A stretch of 32,000 nucleotides of DNA from Candidatus Saccharimonadota bacterium (GTDB lineage Bacteria; Pseudomonadota; Gammaproteobacteria; Enterobacterales; Enterobacteriaceae): assembly GCA_049942765.1 (NCBI GenBank), contig CP188086.1, positions 330,001-362,000 on the forward strand, read 5' to 3'. The notes below the pieces were generated by a model, which saw only the letters and a list, made by a program, of their open reading frames with translations, searched no databases and was not told where the DNA came from. Positions 30,658-32,000 of the stretch are shown piece by piece. Made by a program: the position numbers and the translations under genes. Within the stretch, counting starts at the first letter, position 1. Each line of letters begins with the position of its first letter.

Positions 30658-30731
30658 CGGTGCGGACGGGGATCGAACCCGCGACCCCTGGCGTGACAGG
30701 CCAGTATTCTACCAATCTGAACTACCGCACC
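30658..30731 (-). tRNA. tRNA-Asp (anticodon GUC), 74 nt, no encoded 3' CCA
   Basis: The reverse complement is GGTGCGG TA GTTC AGATTGGTA GAAT A CTGGC CTGTCAC GCCAG GGGTC GCGGG TTCGATC CCCGT CCGCACC G. I folded it by hand into a canonical cloverleaf (7/4/5/5-bp stems, T-loop TTCGATC, anticodon loop C-T-GTC-A-C). It is close to E. coli tRNA-Asp. The discriminator G is followed by AA, not CCA. It is the only strongly GC-rich island in the window. Confidence 0.95.
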
Positions 30732-30837
30732 TATAGAATAAATAAATACAACAAAAATTATTTTTATAAAATAAATACTTAAATAATTAATAAAATACTA
30801 CTTTTTTTAAAATAAAAAGTCAACCATTTTTAAAAAA

Positions 30838-31566
30838 TTAATTAGACATATCTATCCACAAACATTTTCCAAATGTATTTTTCATATATTTCAAATATTC
30901 ATTGTGATTTTCTATCTCTGTACTATTAGGGAATAATACTGAAGTATTATATACATAAGAATTATTTTTATCATAATTTGTTCTAAATTTGTTCATATTA
31001 TTTTTAGAAAAATCTATAGATTCTTGATCTGATGTCATTAACAAATATATTTTTGCTAAGATTTTAGCATCTAACATAGCACTATGATGACTTCTATCAA
31101 TGGGTATTTTATAACGAGAACACAATGCATTTAAATTATTTTTTTTTCCTGGAAATTTTTTTCTTGCTATTGATAATGTATCAGTAATAGAACAAATGTT
31201 CTTAATTTTTGGGAAATTTACATGTAACATTTGTAATTCATAATCAAGAAAACTAATATCAAAATTAGCATTATGAATAATTAGTTCTTGTCCTTTGATA
31301 TAATTTAAAAATTTATTTGCAATATCAATAAATTGTGGTTTTCCTAATAAATAATTATTAGAAATACCATGTATTAAAAATGCTGAGTGATCTATAGAAC
31401 GATTAGGTTGTAAATATACATGAAATATCTCACCAGTTATTTGTCGATTTTCCAATGTAACAGCACCTATTTCAATAATTTTATGACCAATATAAGGTAC
31501 ACCTATAGTATTAAACCCTGTTGTTTCAGTATCTAAAACAATTTGTTTACATGTATGTATATTCAT
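30838..31566 (-). CDS. dnaQ: DNA polymerase III epsilon subunit (3'-5' proofreading exonuclease)
   Basis: 242 aa with Exo I VLDTETTG, Exo II HNANFDISFL and Exo III HHSAMLDAKILAKIY. It is divergent from rnhA with a 57-bp spacer, as in E. coli. Confidence 0.93.
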   Translation of the reverse strand: MNIHTCKQIVLDTETTGFNTIGVPYIGHKIIEIGAVTLENRQITGEIFHVYLQPNRSIDHSAFLIHGISNNYLLGKPQFIDIANKFLNYIKGQELIIHNANFDISFLDYELQMLHVNFPKIKNICSITDTLSIARKKFPGKKNNLNALCSRYKIPIDRSHHSAMLDAKILAKIYLLMTSDQESIDFSKNNMNKFRTNYDKNNSYVYNTSVLFPNSTEIENHNEYLKYMKNTFGKCLWIDMSN

Positions 31567-31623
31567 TAAGTTAATGTAAAATATAAATATGTTTAAATCT
31601 AATTATTATTTGGAATATATTAT

Positions 31624-32000
31624 ATGTTAAAATTAATAAAAATTTTTACAGATGGTTCATGTTTAGGAAACCCAGGACCAGGAGGATATGCCACGTTAAT
31701 TCAATATGAAAAATATGAAAAAATATTTCATGCTGGTTTTTACTATACAACTAATAATAGAATGGAATTAATGGGTGTTATTTCAGGAATTGAAAAAATT
31801 AAAAAACCATGTTTATTACACATATTCACAGATAGTCGTTATGTACACAACGGAATAACTATTTGGATCAATCGTTGGAAAGAAAAAAAATGGAAAAATA
31901 CCATGAACAAAAAAATAAAAAATTTAGATTTATGGATACATTTAAATGATTTAATTTCTCATCATAACATTACATGGATGTGGATTCATGGTCATTCTGG
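31624..32000 (+). CDS. rnhA: Ribonuclease HI, N-terminal 125 codons (runs off the right edge)
   Basis: Hand translation from the ATG at 31624 gives MLKLIKIFTDGSCLGNPGPGGYA...NNRMELMGVI...TDSRYV, which includes the RNase H catalytic DGS and E (MEL) motifs. The frame is open to the window end. Confidence 0.9.
   Translation, partial: MLKLIKIFTDGSCLGNPGPGGYATLIQYEKYEKIFHAGFYYTTNNRMELMGVISGIEKIKKPCLLHIFTDSRYVHNGITIWINRWKEKKWKNTMNKKIKNLDLWIHLNDLISHHNITWMWIHGHS

Noticed and set aside
1-32000. Search for a novel multi-gene system (defence island, toxin-antitoxin, secretion, mobile element, CRISPR, prophage)
   Set aside because: Every ORF of credible length is a recognisable housekeeping gene in Buchnera-like order. 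There are no transposase, integrase or phage genes, no direct-repeat arrays, and no cluster of unassignable ORFs. Claiming a novel system here would not be supported by the sequence.

Overview
This window is a core, syntenic chromosomal segment of an extremely AT-rich, reduced insect endosymbiont. The gene order best matches Buchnera aphidicola: sohB(partial)-rluB-yedA | trpD-trpC-trpB-trpA-yciC-yciB-yciA-cls | 2.1-kb ORF-free desert | pyrF-lipA-lipB-ychE-rnb-fabI-purB-mnmA | lepA-lepB-rnc-era-acpS | tadA-smpB | yfjF | grpE-gpt-tRNA-Asp-dnaQ | rnhA(partial). I call 31 protein-coding genes (29 complete, 2 running off the window) and one tRNA. Every complete CDS is an intact housekeeping gene whose diagnostic catalytic motifs are visible in the supplied translations. 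I found no transposase, integrase, phage gene, CRISPR array, toxin-antitoxin or defence-like cassette, and no unexplained multi-gene cluster. I therefore cannot support a claim that a novel biological system is encoded here. The unusual signals are all non-coding or genome-erosion signals. (1) A 2.1-kb ORF-free, roughly 14% G+C desert sits where + strand and - strand gene blocks converge (cls -> <- pyrF); it is probably a decayed gene remnant (ribA in my recollection of other Buchnera) and shows an internal A-rich to T-rich flip. (2) Shrunken gene-less spacers lie where hflD, and probably mltE, sit in relatives. (3) An orphan near-consensus sigma70 promoter with an abutting perfect palindrome points antisense into purB. 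(4) A perfect 31-nt palindrome abuts the putative sohB start codon. (5) Many 11-13 nt homopolymer tracts lie inside intact genes. All functional readings of these signals are inference and need whole-genome comparison or transcript data.
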